A stretch of DNA of 64,000 nucleotides from Laetmonice hystrix (lineage: Eukaryota): contig OZ249441.1 of assembly GCA_965235115.1 (NCBI GenBank), positions 5,890,001-5,954,000 of the forward strand, in the 5' to 3' direction. Below the pieces are notes generated by a model. That model was given only the letters and a program-made list of their open reading frames with translations. It was not told where the DNA came from and did no database searches. Positions 1 to 11,996 of this stretch are shown piece after piece (position 1 is the first letter of the stretch; each line of letters opens with the position of its first letter). Position numbers and translations under genes: made by a program.

Positions 1-146
1 AACTCCGAAACCTGTCTTGGATTTGTGTAGGGAAGTTACCGAGGTCAGCTAACATTCTCTGTCATCCCACCAGTTCCTGGACTGAACGGCTGAGTGTTTT
101 CTCCATGAGGATGGCCAACAGATACCAACAGGGCGTGAAATCGCAA

Positions 147-476
147 TCACTCACTCACGCACTCTACCGTCCCTGCAATCACTCACTCACTCACGCACTC
201 ACTCACTCACGCACTCTACCGTCCCTGCAATCACTCACTCACGCACTCACTCACTCACGCACTCTACCGTCCCTGCAATCACTCACTCACTCTACCGTCC
301 CTGTAATCACTCACTCACTCACTCACTCACTCACTCACGCACGCACTCTACCGTCCCTGCAATCACTCACTCACTCACGCACTCACTCTACCGTCCCTGC
401 AATCAGTCACTCACTCACGCACTCACTCACGCACTCTACCGTCCCTGCAATCACTCACTCACGCACTCACTCACAC
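147..476. repeat. (CACT)n-rich compound satellite with ctctaccgtccctgcaatc modules; resumes at about 1223-1300
   Basis: Direct inspection; source of the ORF at 105..521. Confidence 0.95.
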
Positions 477-1222
477 TATACAACTTTTCTCTTTAGGGAC
501 ATTGTCAAAGTAATTGGGTAACCCCTGATGCCCGTGCATTTCAAAAGAAAAATACAGTCTACGCCAGTGCCAGGATTACCTTAACAGTCAATGTTCGGTA
601 GAAATCATGTGTAGCTCTAACTAGGAAAATATGGATTCCGTCTCATTTCAAAAAGATGTGTGTAGGGGGGAGGGTCCATTGTCCTGCTCGACCACCAAAG
701 CTCCTTTTTTAGGGGAGTGGCGGTGGCCTAGTGGGCATGGATGTCGACACCTTATGCTATGCGAATGGGTGCAGTAATCTTAGGGCCTGGGTTCGATTCC
801 TGTAGAGGACTATACAACTTTTCTCTTTAGGGACATTGTCAAAGTAATTGGGTTACCCCTGATGCCCGTACATTTCAAAAGAAAAATACAGTCTACGCCA
901 GTGCCAGGATTACCTTAACAGTCAATGTTCGGTAGAAATCATGTGTAGCTCTAACTAGGAAAATATGGATTCCGTCTCATTTCAAAAAGATGTGTGTAGG
1001 GGGGAGGGTCCATTGTCCTGCTCGACCACCAAAGCTCCTTTTTTAGGGGAGTGGCGGTGGCCTAGTGGGCATGGATGTCGACACCTTATGCTATGCGAAT
1101 GGGTGCAGTAATCTTAGGGCCTGGGTTCGATTCCTGTAGAGGACTATACAACTTTTCTCTTTAGGGACATTGTCAAAGTAATTGGGTTACCCCTGATGCC
1201 CGTGCATTTCAAAAGAAAAATA
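477..1222. repeat. 334-bp direct tandem repeat (about 2.2 copies) carrying a tRNA-derived Pol III A/B-box pair
   Basis: caacttttct at 481, 815 and 1149; A-box TGGCCTAGTGG (724-734) and B-box GGTTCGATTCC (790-800), repeated at +334. Confidence 0.9.
717..810 (+). mobile_element. tRNA-derived SINE head or tRNA pseudogene (second copy about 1051-1144)
   Basis: Consensus A and B boxes starting 66 nt apart; acceptor and T stems do not pair, so it is not a functional tRNA. Confidence 0.6.
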
Positions 1223-2282
1223 CACTCTACCGTCCCTGCAATCACTCACTCACTCTGCCGTCCCTGTAATCACTCACTCACTCACGCACTCTACCGTCCC
1301 TGGACCACCGATCGGGGTATTGTCCCCATAGTACCCTTCCCACGACACTGGAAGGAGGAGGAGACAGGATTTAGGGGAAGGGATAGAGCTAGGTTTGCTG
1401 GAAGGTCTGGGGACCGGGGCTAGGGCTAGAGCTAGGGCTAAGGTTTTCTGAGGAGTCTGGGGACTGGGACTACGAGCTAGGAATAGGCTAAAGGTTAAGA
1501 ATAGTGGTAGATTTGTTGTTCTATACTCCCATAATTTGATGGACGTGTTACCATGAGCTTGACACATTACCCCCAGCCCAGTTGACACATTACCCTCATC
1601 CCAGTTGACACATTACCCCCAGCCCAGGTGATCTGCCCTGCGCAGTCCACTGAACGCCATCTGTAAGGTCAACCTCCATGCAATAACGGATCTCAGTTCT
1701 AATCAACCATGAACTAATCCATCCCTGCTTGCACTGCCAGACCTCCGTGAGAAGTCCTACTGAATTTACCGTCTTGGTATGTTTCGTACTGTTTCGTATG
1801 CGCAGTTGGGACGGGCTTGCCGCGTGCAGTCATGGTCACCATGATTTATTTATTCATTCGTGCGCTCAATAGTCACGTGATATGCCATGAAAATCATCGC
1901 ACAACTGGTTATTTTGCTCGACTTGGAACCAGATGTATGAAATTCAGTAAGCTCTCCAATTCCAGTGCATTTAAGAGCCCCAAATAAAATATGAGCAACA
2001 TATCGCCAGAACGAGGACAGGCAAGCGAGGAAGGCAGATAACGTCAGAGCTAAAAGGCTAAAAGAACGTTGATTTGGTGTCGGTATGGGTTTCAGAAATC
2101 GATGACCCTCGAGGTGGGCCGGTTGGGACTGTCACCGCACCATCATAAACCTGGGAAAACCGCCATAAACCGTTACCACCGTAATGAGAGATACCAATTA
2201 ATAGCTAGACCCCCCTCCCCTCCCTTACACTCAAACACATTCAGCACTGAAAACTGGCCAAACCCCTAAGTTAGACATCAAT

Positions 2283-2336
2283 TCCACACTTTGCAGGTTG
2301 TCCACACTTTGCAGGTCGTCCACACTTTGCAGGTCG
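2283..2336. repeat. 18-bp x3 tandem repeat (tccacactttgcaggtYg)
   Basis: Direct inspection. Confidence 0.9.
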
Positions 2337-5300
2337 ATGGAGAGGAAAGTCCAATCCAAAGGTTGTGACCACCTGTGGCATTCAAATAATATATCATTCC
2401 AATGCCATTTCCCTTTGTGATTTAGACGCAATTTGGCGATTTAAGGGTAGAAACCACTTTAGGCCATGGACTGGCATGAGTCCCAACCTTTTAAGCGCTT
2501 GACCCTAAGGTCAAGCTGCATGGTAGATTATTACATTCATTCCTTGGGTAGGCCTATAGATTATGAACGGATCTCAAGAGAGAACTATAGATTATGAAAG
2601 GTAATCAAGCGAGAAGTCCCTCTGAGGATACTGCCAGTAAACTGTTTCAGATTGCATAACGGGATTCCTTAGGGCAAGGAAGTGACCTTAGCCGTCGATG
2701 TGACCAGTAGCGTGCCAACGACCAGCATAAATAACCCTGACCTGACGTGCCACAAAATCCCGCTCGCAAAACGCTGTCATGATGTGCGTGACATTGGCAT
2801 TTTTAGATGAACATGCATCATGCACAGTAGTCATTACAGCATCCCTGCAGCATTGAATGTCGTTACAATCGGGTGGTCGTCACCTTGACTTAGTGACCTT
2901 GGGCATTCCATAAAAATAACCTTTAAAAAGCCGGACTCGTCGAGAAACACGCGGTTGCTCTCCAGGCGGAGCAGACTCGCCTGGTGGTCAGTTGGTGACA
3001 CTTTTGGAGCTAATAATAAAATAATTATGGATCCAACTATCTTAGTCATCCAATGGCCGCGTTAATTCGGCATTTGTATCCCAGAGAGACATAATCTAGC
3101 ACAGACGCCATGCCTCGGCCAGATGGACAATTGCCACTTGACCTTTACAGCTTTCGCCGATTTAGTTCCTTCTTTTCCATGTGTCGGTTACCTCAGCAGC
3201 TGGTGGAGACACGCTTTTCACACCCAAAACCCACACAGACCATATTGCGAACGTCCTGCTGTCCATATGGCACTGGTCACCATATGTGGCGAGTCAACAT
3301 CCATGAAATGTTTTGATATGAAGAGAATGTACCCAAAAGGTTTTGTGTTGTGAAAAGCTCTTAATATCCCATCCAGGCATGGTATATTTCATGCAGAGCA
3401 TTAGAATCGGAAGCGCGACTTTGTTGTGCTCTTCTTCGGTAATAAACTATTCAGTAACCACCTTGTGAGCACGCCGGGCGAGCAGTGTCGCAGACCTTCC
3501 CTTAATAAAACCAAGTGCCCTTGGCCCTCAGGGCAGGGACGCTGTTAACAAAAAGGGCATTATCCAACGCTATGATGAAATATGGAACTATTCCCATGAC
3601 TGCAGGGTCGCTTTGATGGCTACAGTCCGCCCAGAAATGAAACTCGGCAGGCAGCCATAAAGCAGACATTCTTGTCACGCCACGGCGGACGAGATTGCTG
3701 TCTCAACAGAATACAGGCGAATGATAATAATAAAACGTCCATATTGTCCTAAAAACAGCGGATATGGAGTAAACACGCTCAAGTGATTGAGGATTTCGTG
3801 TCTGCCTCCTGTGTTCCTCCAGTGTCGGGAACAATCTAATGAATCCTGTCCTACAACCCTTCATATGGCCCGGTAAGAAACGTAAATATAGACAAGGCCA
3901 GCGACAGGCGTGCGTCCATTCCGCCAACAGGAGGCCTACCCTTTGAACGAAACGGATGTTTACGGCACCACTCTCGTATTGACAAAGGCAGCTCCTGTGT
4001 TATTGAACTCCAATCTTAAAGAGGATGACAATGTAAACAAAGAAACTGGTCAAGAACAGTGTCCGTTCGAGAACCCGGCAATGTCTGCGGCCGAGGAACT
4101 CACCGACTGGCCCGCGCTGTTACAACCAGAGAGACCCATACTGCTCGCAATCTTCAACAAATTGCTGAGAAGTCTCCAGAATATACCGAAGGCACGCACT
4201 GTCATGGTAAGATATGAACATACACGGCCACAGGACAGAGGAGAACGATATCTTACCTGTCACAGAGGCACGCGTTATCTCCCATTGAATCCCGACGGCA
4301 CACTAATGTATCCAGATTACGTCATTTTGTGTCACGTCATCGTTCCCAATGTGGTTCATGCATTACCCGCCCACACGGCCACGCTGTGTACGTCGGCAGG
4401 CTTGGTGAGAATCCTTGATGGCGGCTTGTAGCAAACGCTGCGTCTTCTGCAGGCCAGACGCTGCCAAGCAATGTCAAATCACCGTGCTTTGATTACAGTG
4501 GATCGTATCATTCAGGGCTGGAGCATTCCATCCACATTGTCTAAATCCTTATCCCTGCAACTGCAGCAGCAACCTCGTTTTCCTCAGTGAGGTCAGCGTC
4601 GCGTCATTATAATCATATCCTCATATAAATCATCATAATTTTGTCCGTTGTCAACGGCAAACCAGAGCCTTCCACGGAGGTGGTAATCTGAATGAAGGGC
4701 GTTTCTCTCTGCTGCGTCCTCAGTGGTACTCCTGCAGCCGTGGTGTATCTACCAAAGCTTGAGCACAGTTTACGGTTGTCGAACGCTGTTACACAGGGTT
4801 CGCCATTGGGTGGACGCCTGGCTGGCAGCAGACTGGAGAGCTGGCAGGCGTTTCCTACCACATGCACGCGCTCTGGAGTTGTGTTGTTGGGCGACGTCAG
4901 GCTGCCACTGCCATGAACCGATGGATCTCGGCGCGCCGCTGAGAGCTTGGCCCTCATTGGTCGACAATAGCAAAGCCGCGTTGGAAGGCGCAAGGTCGGT
5001 CTGTACCGCGCAACCTGCAATCCTGCATCAGCCAGTCGTTCTGGCCAATAGCAGCGGTACTCACTATGTACAAGAACTGAGCAGGGGTTTGTGCCGCACG
5101 GCCGCAATGATAAAGGAGCATGGATCATGGTTGTCAGACTGCTATCTCACTCTATCCCTCCGCTTCCCTCCTCCACCCACTTGATGCTTCTAGTCCTCAA
5201 CTCAACCAGCCTGATAACATCCAATACCTCCAGCTCGTTTGGCATCTCCGGCGGGGTGATGTATCGGGATGGCTGGTCCGAGTCTTAAACAGACTGGACA

Positions 5301-6944
5301 ATGTCTGGCTCCCAGTTATTGCACTAGGTTAATTCTTCTGGTAGTCTGAGTAGCTGCCTCTAATAGTCTGGCTGCTGACAGAGTCGATGCCCGATGGTGT
5401 TACAGACACAAGACAATCGACTAGTCCATCGGGACCGTTTACGAGAGCGTTATGCGTCATGCAAAACACGCCATGACACACGTAGGCACATGACAAAACA
5501 AGAGCGTGAAAAAAACTTTCTCAAATAGTACAGTCGAAAACTGCAGCTGTTATCCAAATAAAAGTCAATTATCTGTATAGAATTAATCGATATCCATTAT
5601 TTGTACTGAAATGGGGGGGGGGGGGTATTAAAATGTTTACCAGTTTTTACCCAGCGACACACATGCGGTATGACAATGAATATACTGCTATGAGTTCAGA
5701 CGTACATACTTGACGTTTGTGTACAACACTGCTGCATTTCATCTCCCTGGTTTGGTCAGTGGAATGAGCCAGATTTATCAGGCTTCCATGAAAGACTATC
5801 ACTATCCAACAATTGTTTTCCTTATTGCGTCGATTTTCTGGGCCGCCCAGGAGGGGCAGGGGACGAGGGCCATGGTGCAGCAGATGCCCCCTAGTGGCTG
5901 TAACCTGCAGGACCCGGCGGATTCAGGCCACACGGTGCCACCGAGATCGATTCAGGGTCAAACAGAGGGGATTTACCCCTAGGGCAAACACTTAAACGTT
6001 CTTGGTCCTGATCGACTACAATATAAAAGGTGTCCCAAATAGTGTGCGCTCTCAGTGACATTCAGTGTTATGGGCTTTGTGTTCGTTGTGAATAGCGGGC
6101 CGTTGGATGGTCCGTGCATTTGAGGAAGTCCCTTAGAAAATGGGCGAACATGGGGCCAACATTTCATGGAGGAAATGAAGGAATTGTTGTAGCCAATTTC
6201 TAGCAACACGTCACCACATTGTTACCGTGACGGCATAAATCATGTCCTTCACATTCTGGGACTAGTCGCAGGAGCACACAGGCCAGCAGATAACGAGTTC
6301 AATAATAACGGACCACAGAACGGACCACTGCTTGGACATGTTGCTATATGGTGGCAAATGTAAACCATTATACATACGCCTATGTTTGCCCATTCCTCAG
6401 ATTTCCGCAAAGAGAGAGAAAGGCGCAATTTTACACACCACGTGTCATGATTAGTCTTTCCCAACATTAAATCAGTGTTCCAAGTAAAGGGATTTCCAGG
6501 TCAGATTTCGCAGGAATGAATCGATAGTGTCTGTAGATTGCCTTTCTTCCATGACTCACAAAGACCTAAACCACCCCTGATTATAACCCTCAGCCGACAT
6601 GTTCACACGGACCTTGGCTTGGAATGGCACCGGAAGTATCAATCCGAAAGATCACTCGACCTCGTGACGTGACTACGTTTTAACCAGTAGGAATGGCTGT
6701 AGGGGTGGATCCAGCAGGAACATTTCGCTCTTCCCACAATTAACGATTCGAAGATTTTAAAAAGGATTGCCTCAAATGGCCGCCCTTGGTCACCTTATTT
6801 GTAAATTCTGCCCGCCCCCCCCCCCCATTCCAAAATCCCGGACCAATAACATCTGCATGTCCGTGTTGCCACCTCGGCGCTAAAGGTACAGATATTCCTT
6901 GACTTCCGCATAGCGGCGGCAGTAGACTTGTAAATGACACGTGT

Positions 6945-7448
6945 GCGCATTGTCTGGCGGGATGAAGTAAGATACAGTGAGACGTGTGCGCATTGTCTGG
7001 GGGATGAAGTAAGATACAGTGAGACATGTGCGCATTGTCTGGGGGGATGAAGTAAGATACAGTGAGACATGTGCGCATTGTCTGGCGGGATGAAGTTAGA
7101 TACAGTGAGACATGTGCGCATTGTCTGGGGGGATGAAGTAAGATACAGTGAGACATGTGCGCATTGTCTGGCGGGATGAAGTAAGATACAGTGAGACGTG
7201 TGCGCATTGTCTGGGGGATGAAGTAAGATACAGTGAGACATGTGCGCATTGTCTGGGGGGATGAAGTAAGATACAGTGAGACGTGCGCATTGTCTGGCGG
7301 GATGAAGTTAGATACAGTGAGACATGTGCGCATTGTCTGGGGGGATGAAGTAAGATACAGTGAGACATGTGCGCATTGTCTGGGGGGATGAAGTAAGATA
7401 CAGTGAGACATGTGCGCATTGTCTGGGGGGATGAAGTAAGATACAGTG
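6945..7448. repeat. 42-43-bp minisatellite, about 12 copies
   Basis: Unit gatacagtgagacatgtgcgcattgtctggggggatgaagtaa. Confidence 0.97.
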
Positions 7449-7692
7449 TTCAATGTCAGGTCCCGGTGTGAAACCTGACACAGCGAGATCTGTCTGAGCA
7501 ACGTCTGGTTAGACGTCTCGGAATATCATCCTGGCAGCAGAAATCTATTAGTGTTGTATCAGTAATATACATCGCTTCATATCTGTATTGATACATGACC
7601 AATACGATTCGAGAATCATATGGTGTAGCTGTTATAACCTAGCGATGGCCATGTCCCAATAATTCCGGGAAATCCTTAGAGAAAAAAACCTT

Positions 7693-8900
7693 TGGTCACA
7701 GAGACTGGACGGTTGGGTCCCACCCTCAACCCTCTGGTCACAGAGACTGGACGGTTGGGTCCCTCCGGTCACAGAGACTGGACGGTTGGGTCCCACCCTC
7801 AACCCTCTGGTCACAGAGACTGGACGGTTGGGTCCCTCCCTCAACCCTCCGGTCACAGAGACTGGACGGTTGGGTCCCTCCGGTCACAGAGACTGGACGG
7901 TTGGGTCCCTCCGGTCACAGAGACTGGACGGTTGGGTCCCTCTGGTCACAGAGACTGGACGGTTGGGTCCCTCCGGTCACAGTGACTGGGCGGTTGGGTC
8001 CCTCCGGTCACAGAGACTGAACGGTTGGGTCCCTCCGGTCACAGAGACTCGGCGGTTGGGTCCCTCCGGTCACAGAGACTGGACGGTTGGGTCCCTCCGG
8101 TCACAGAGACTGGGCGGTTGGGTCCCTCCGGTCACAGAGACTGGGCGGTTGGGTCCCTCCGGTCACAGAGACTGGACGGTTGGGTCCCTCCGGTCACAGA
8201 GACTGGGCGGTTGGGTCCCTCCGGTCAGAGACTGGACGGTTGGGTCCCTCCGGTCACAGAGACTGGACGGTTGGGTCCCTCCGGTCACAGAGACTGGACA
8301 GTTGGGCCCCACCCTCAACCATCTGGTCACAGAGACTGGACGGTTGGGCCCCACCCTCAACCATCTGGTCACAGAGACTGGACGGTTGGGTCCCTCCGGT
8401 CACAGTGACTGGGCGGTTGGGTCCCTCCCTCAACCCTCTGGTCACAGAGACTGGACGGTTGGGCCCCAACCTCAACCCTCTGGTCACAGAGACTGGACGG
8501 TTGGGTCCCTCCGGTCACAGAGACTGGACGGTTGGGTCCCTCCGGTCACAGAGACTGGACGGTTGGGTCCCACCCTCAACCCTCCGGTCACAGAGACTGG
8601 ACGGTTGGGTCCCTCCGGTCACAGAGACTGGACGGTTGGGTCCCTCCGGTCACAGAGACTGGACGGTTGGGTCCCTCCGGTCACAGAGACTGGACGGTTG
8701 GGTCCCTCCGGTCACAGAGACTGGACGGTTGGGTCCCTCCGGTCACAGAGACTGGACGGTTGGGTCCCTCCGGTCACAGAGACTGGACGGTTGGGTCCCT
8801 CCGGTCACAGAGACTGGACGGTTGGGTCCCTCCGGTCACAGAGACTGGACGGTTGGGTCCCTCCGGTCACAGAGACTGGACGTTTGGGTCCCACCCTCAA
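7693..8900. repeat. 31-bp minisatellite with 45-bp insertion variants
   Basis: Unit ggtcacagagactggacggttgggtccctcc; some units carry an extra caccctcaaccctc. Confidence 0.97.
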
Positions 8901-9020
8901 GATAAACAGAGAAAAGCACTTTCACAAGTGCCGGACCTCGTTCGACATGATAATGAATGTCCACGGTTCTGGCAGGTGGACGGGGAGATTAGGATGAAGT
9001 GTGATCTGTCACAGCTGAAA

Positions 9021-9545
9021 CAACCATAGTATTACATAGAAACCCATATATTATGTTACGGAGAATAGTATGCTTTTCAACCATAGTATTACATAGAAAC
9101 CCATACATTATGTTACGGAGAATAGTATGCTTTTCAACCATAGTATTACATAGAAACCCATACATTATGTTACGGAGAATAGTATGCTTTTCAACCATAG
9201 TATTACATAGAAACCCATACATTATGTTACGGAGAATAGTATGCTTTTCAACCATAGTATTACATAGAAACCCATAAATTATGTTACGGAGAAAAGTATG
9301 CTTTTCACCGATAGTATTACCGTCTCTGGTATTACATAGAACCCCATACATGATGTTACGGAGAATAGTATGCTTTTCAACAATAGTATTACATAGAACC
9401 CCATACATGATGTTACGGAGAATAGTATGCTTTTCAACAATAGTATTACATAGAAACCCATACATGATGTTACGGAGAATAGTATGCTTTTCAACCATGG
9501 TATTACTAGAAACCCATACATGATGTTACGGAGAATAGTATGTTT
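9021..9545. repeat. 57-bp minisatellite, about 9 copies
   Basis: ccatagtatt at 9024, 9081, ...; gives 19-aa periodic ORFs. Confidence 0.97.
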
Positions 9546-11711
9546 TTACACTCGGATGTGTCACTGAAAGATAGAGAATAACTTGAAATGTTTGAATACA
9601 TTTCGCATGCGAATATAGGAAAGATTGTCCTTCAATTAATGATTGAATGAAACGGTTTTTTGGGGAGTCACTGTGACGGTCTGGCATTGTGGTCTGACCA
9701 TCCGAGCAGGTGAATAAATAGACAGTTTGTACAGCTTCCAGAGTTTGTCAGAGCCCGGGGGCCTGGCCGTGCACGCTAACGGTCGATATGATAGATTCTA
9801 GTTCTAGGGATAGATTCTACCCTTGACAACGCCCCAGGCACAAGGAAAGCTAGCTTATAGTCATCTTTATTCAATCAGGTTAAAGTATAATCGGGCCCCG
9901 TACCCGTGCTAATTATATTTGTGAACTGGACAAAGAACAGAGACCTGGGCAATGATATCCCAAATGTAAATATAACACGTCCTTGAAAGTATACCTTTCA
10001 ACTTAATAATCTGTAAACCCGATTTCTGCTACATTAAACATTGAATGAAGGTATTATCTTGGGAAGCCTGCTAATCTTGCTAAATTTGCATTGTTTATAA
10101 TTATGTAAGGATCGAAATAATGATATGCCTATAAACAGACATATATTATATATGTCACCTGGACTCCCGGACAACATCGATGTAAACAGAGTCTGAGTGA
10201 ATTCCCGCCAACTGTGTGTGTTCAGTGGATCCATGTGTTTGCCGTACAGCCACTGTCGTCGCTCACCGTTGACTCATTGATCCAGTATTTGCCACGAGGC
10301 TCGATATAAATGACAATCTTGCAATGCACGTCGATGCAAAATTCACTCTTTACCCACACATCAAACACTTAGAGCAAATCTAGCCGCCTCAAAAAGGTTG
10401 AACGAATAATGAGCAGCCCACCGGTTCTACCCAAACTGACCCCTCTCCCGTCGGTTCGCCCAGAGCTATGATCAATACTGTAAAGTGGTGAATTCGGCAG
10501 AACCCGTCGTGGCTGGAAGCAAAATTAGCCGTCTCAGTATCTACTTCTCACAGAGCCACCGCATGACGGGGATCATGACGTTATCATGTGATACTTTGAA
10601 GGACCATTCAAGGTCGTACGTAGGAATACTAAAAAGGCTGTCAGTTTATTGGAAAAAGGAATGAAGAAAGTGGTTCTATACGTTTCCCCCTTACTCCTGA
10701 GGTTGAGACGTTGCCGGATATAACCTTGTACTTACAGGCTATAGAAGCAGCGAATACCCTGCCTGGATATTGTGGCAAGAAATGTGGCGTATGGCCGCCG
10801 GGATACAGAACATGTACATCACGTACGACAAAGGTTCATTCAAATTGAATCCCTTTTCACCACACCCTCTGGTGAACCTTGCGTGATGTCCCTCTTTCTT
10901 GGAGGGATAAATATAATACGAACTCAGTGTGAGGTACCACAGAATGTAAGGTTACCAAGAAATTAATCAAACTTGCTTGACAACGCGTATAAGTTTAACA
11001 GTCCAAAGTTTGGGTGATGTACGTTATTTGTCGCCAGTAGACCTAGTTTCAAAATTGAGATCGGAACCAAAATTGTGGAATAAATTTATACAAGACTGAT
11101 CAAAGACGCCAACCTTTGGATTCGTTCTCTGGGTGTCGGGACTCAAGATAACTGGAGTCACCGAGGCTCAGATAAAAGAAAACATTTCCGGTTGGAAGAT
11201 GGGGCACTGGGTGCGGCGGTGAAATGATGCAAACAAGGAATCGTATTTGTGCGGAGACGGAACGGGATGTTCATCACGGGAGTGTGCCGTTCTAATCGCA
11301 GTTACCAGTGCAATGTTTGCTGACGCTGAGTCCACGTGCCGTGCTACACACAACCGCCACTGTGGCAATATTTTCACAGTTAACAACAATGACTGAACTT
11401 CGTTACCCTGTAACATTGAATAACATCCACCACACACAGGGGTTTCAAGTGTGTTTTCTACGGTTATTTAATGTAACTGAATGGTTGACGACACATCAAT
11501 GTGAAAATTACACAACCTCTACGTGAAACGTGAAGTAATTTCATTCCAATTGATTTTTCTTTTCGATACAAAGACGCCAGACTCATGACTGTGTCTTTAA
11601 CATCTTTCTCCATGCATGTCAGTTTTTACGATATGGCATTGCGTGGTTCCTGACTCAGCTCCTGATAATGGGACAGGGTGAACGTTATGGGAATGGGCAC
11701 TGTGAATATAG

Positions 11712-11996
11712 GGTTAACCCTCGGCACTGCGAATATAGGCTGGCGTATTAGGGATAGGGTCAACCCTCGGCACTGCGAATATAGGCTGGCGTATTAGGGA
11801 TAGGGTCAGCCCTCGGCACTGCGAATATAGGCTGGCGTATTAGGGATAGGGTCAACTCTCGGCACTGCGAATATAGGCTGGCGTATTAGGGATAGGGTCA
11901 ACCCTCGGCACTGCGAATATAGGCTGGCGTATTAGGGATAGGGTCAACCCTCAGCACTGCGAATATAGGCTGGCGTATTAGGGATAGGGTCAACCC
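11712..11996. repeat. 46-bp minisatellite, about 6 copies
   Basis: Unit ctcggcactgcgaatataggctggcgtattagggatagggtcaacc. Confidence 0.95.

Noticed and set aside
717-810. Functional tRNA gene
   Set aside because: A and B boxes are present, but the acceptor, anticodon and T stems do not pair.
7632-9523. Long ORFs up to 403 aa
   Set aside because: They derive from the 31-bp and 57-bp minisatellites.
10737-10880. Candidate exon YRSSEYPAWILWQEMWRMAAGIQNMYITYDKG
   Set aside because: Good acceptor, but no convincing donor, no recognisable family, and another frame is equally plausible.
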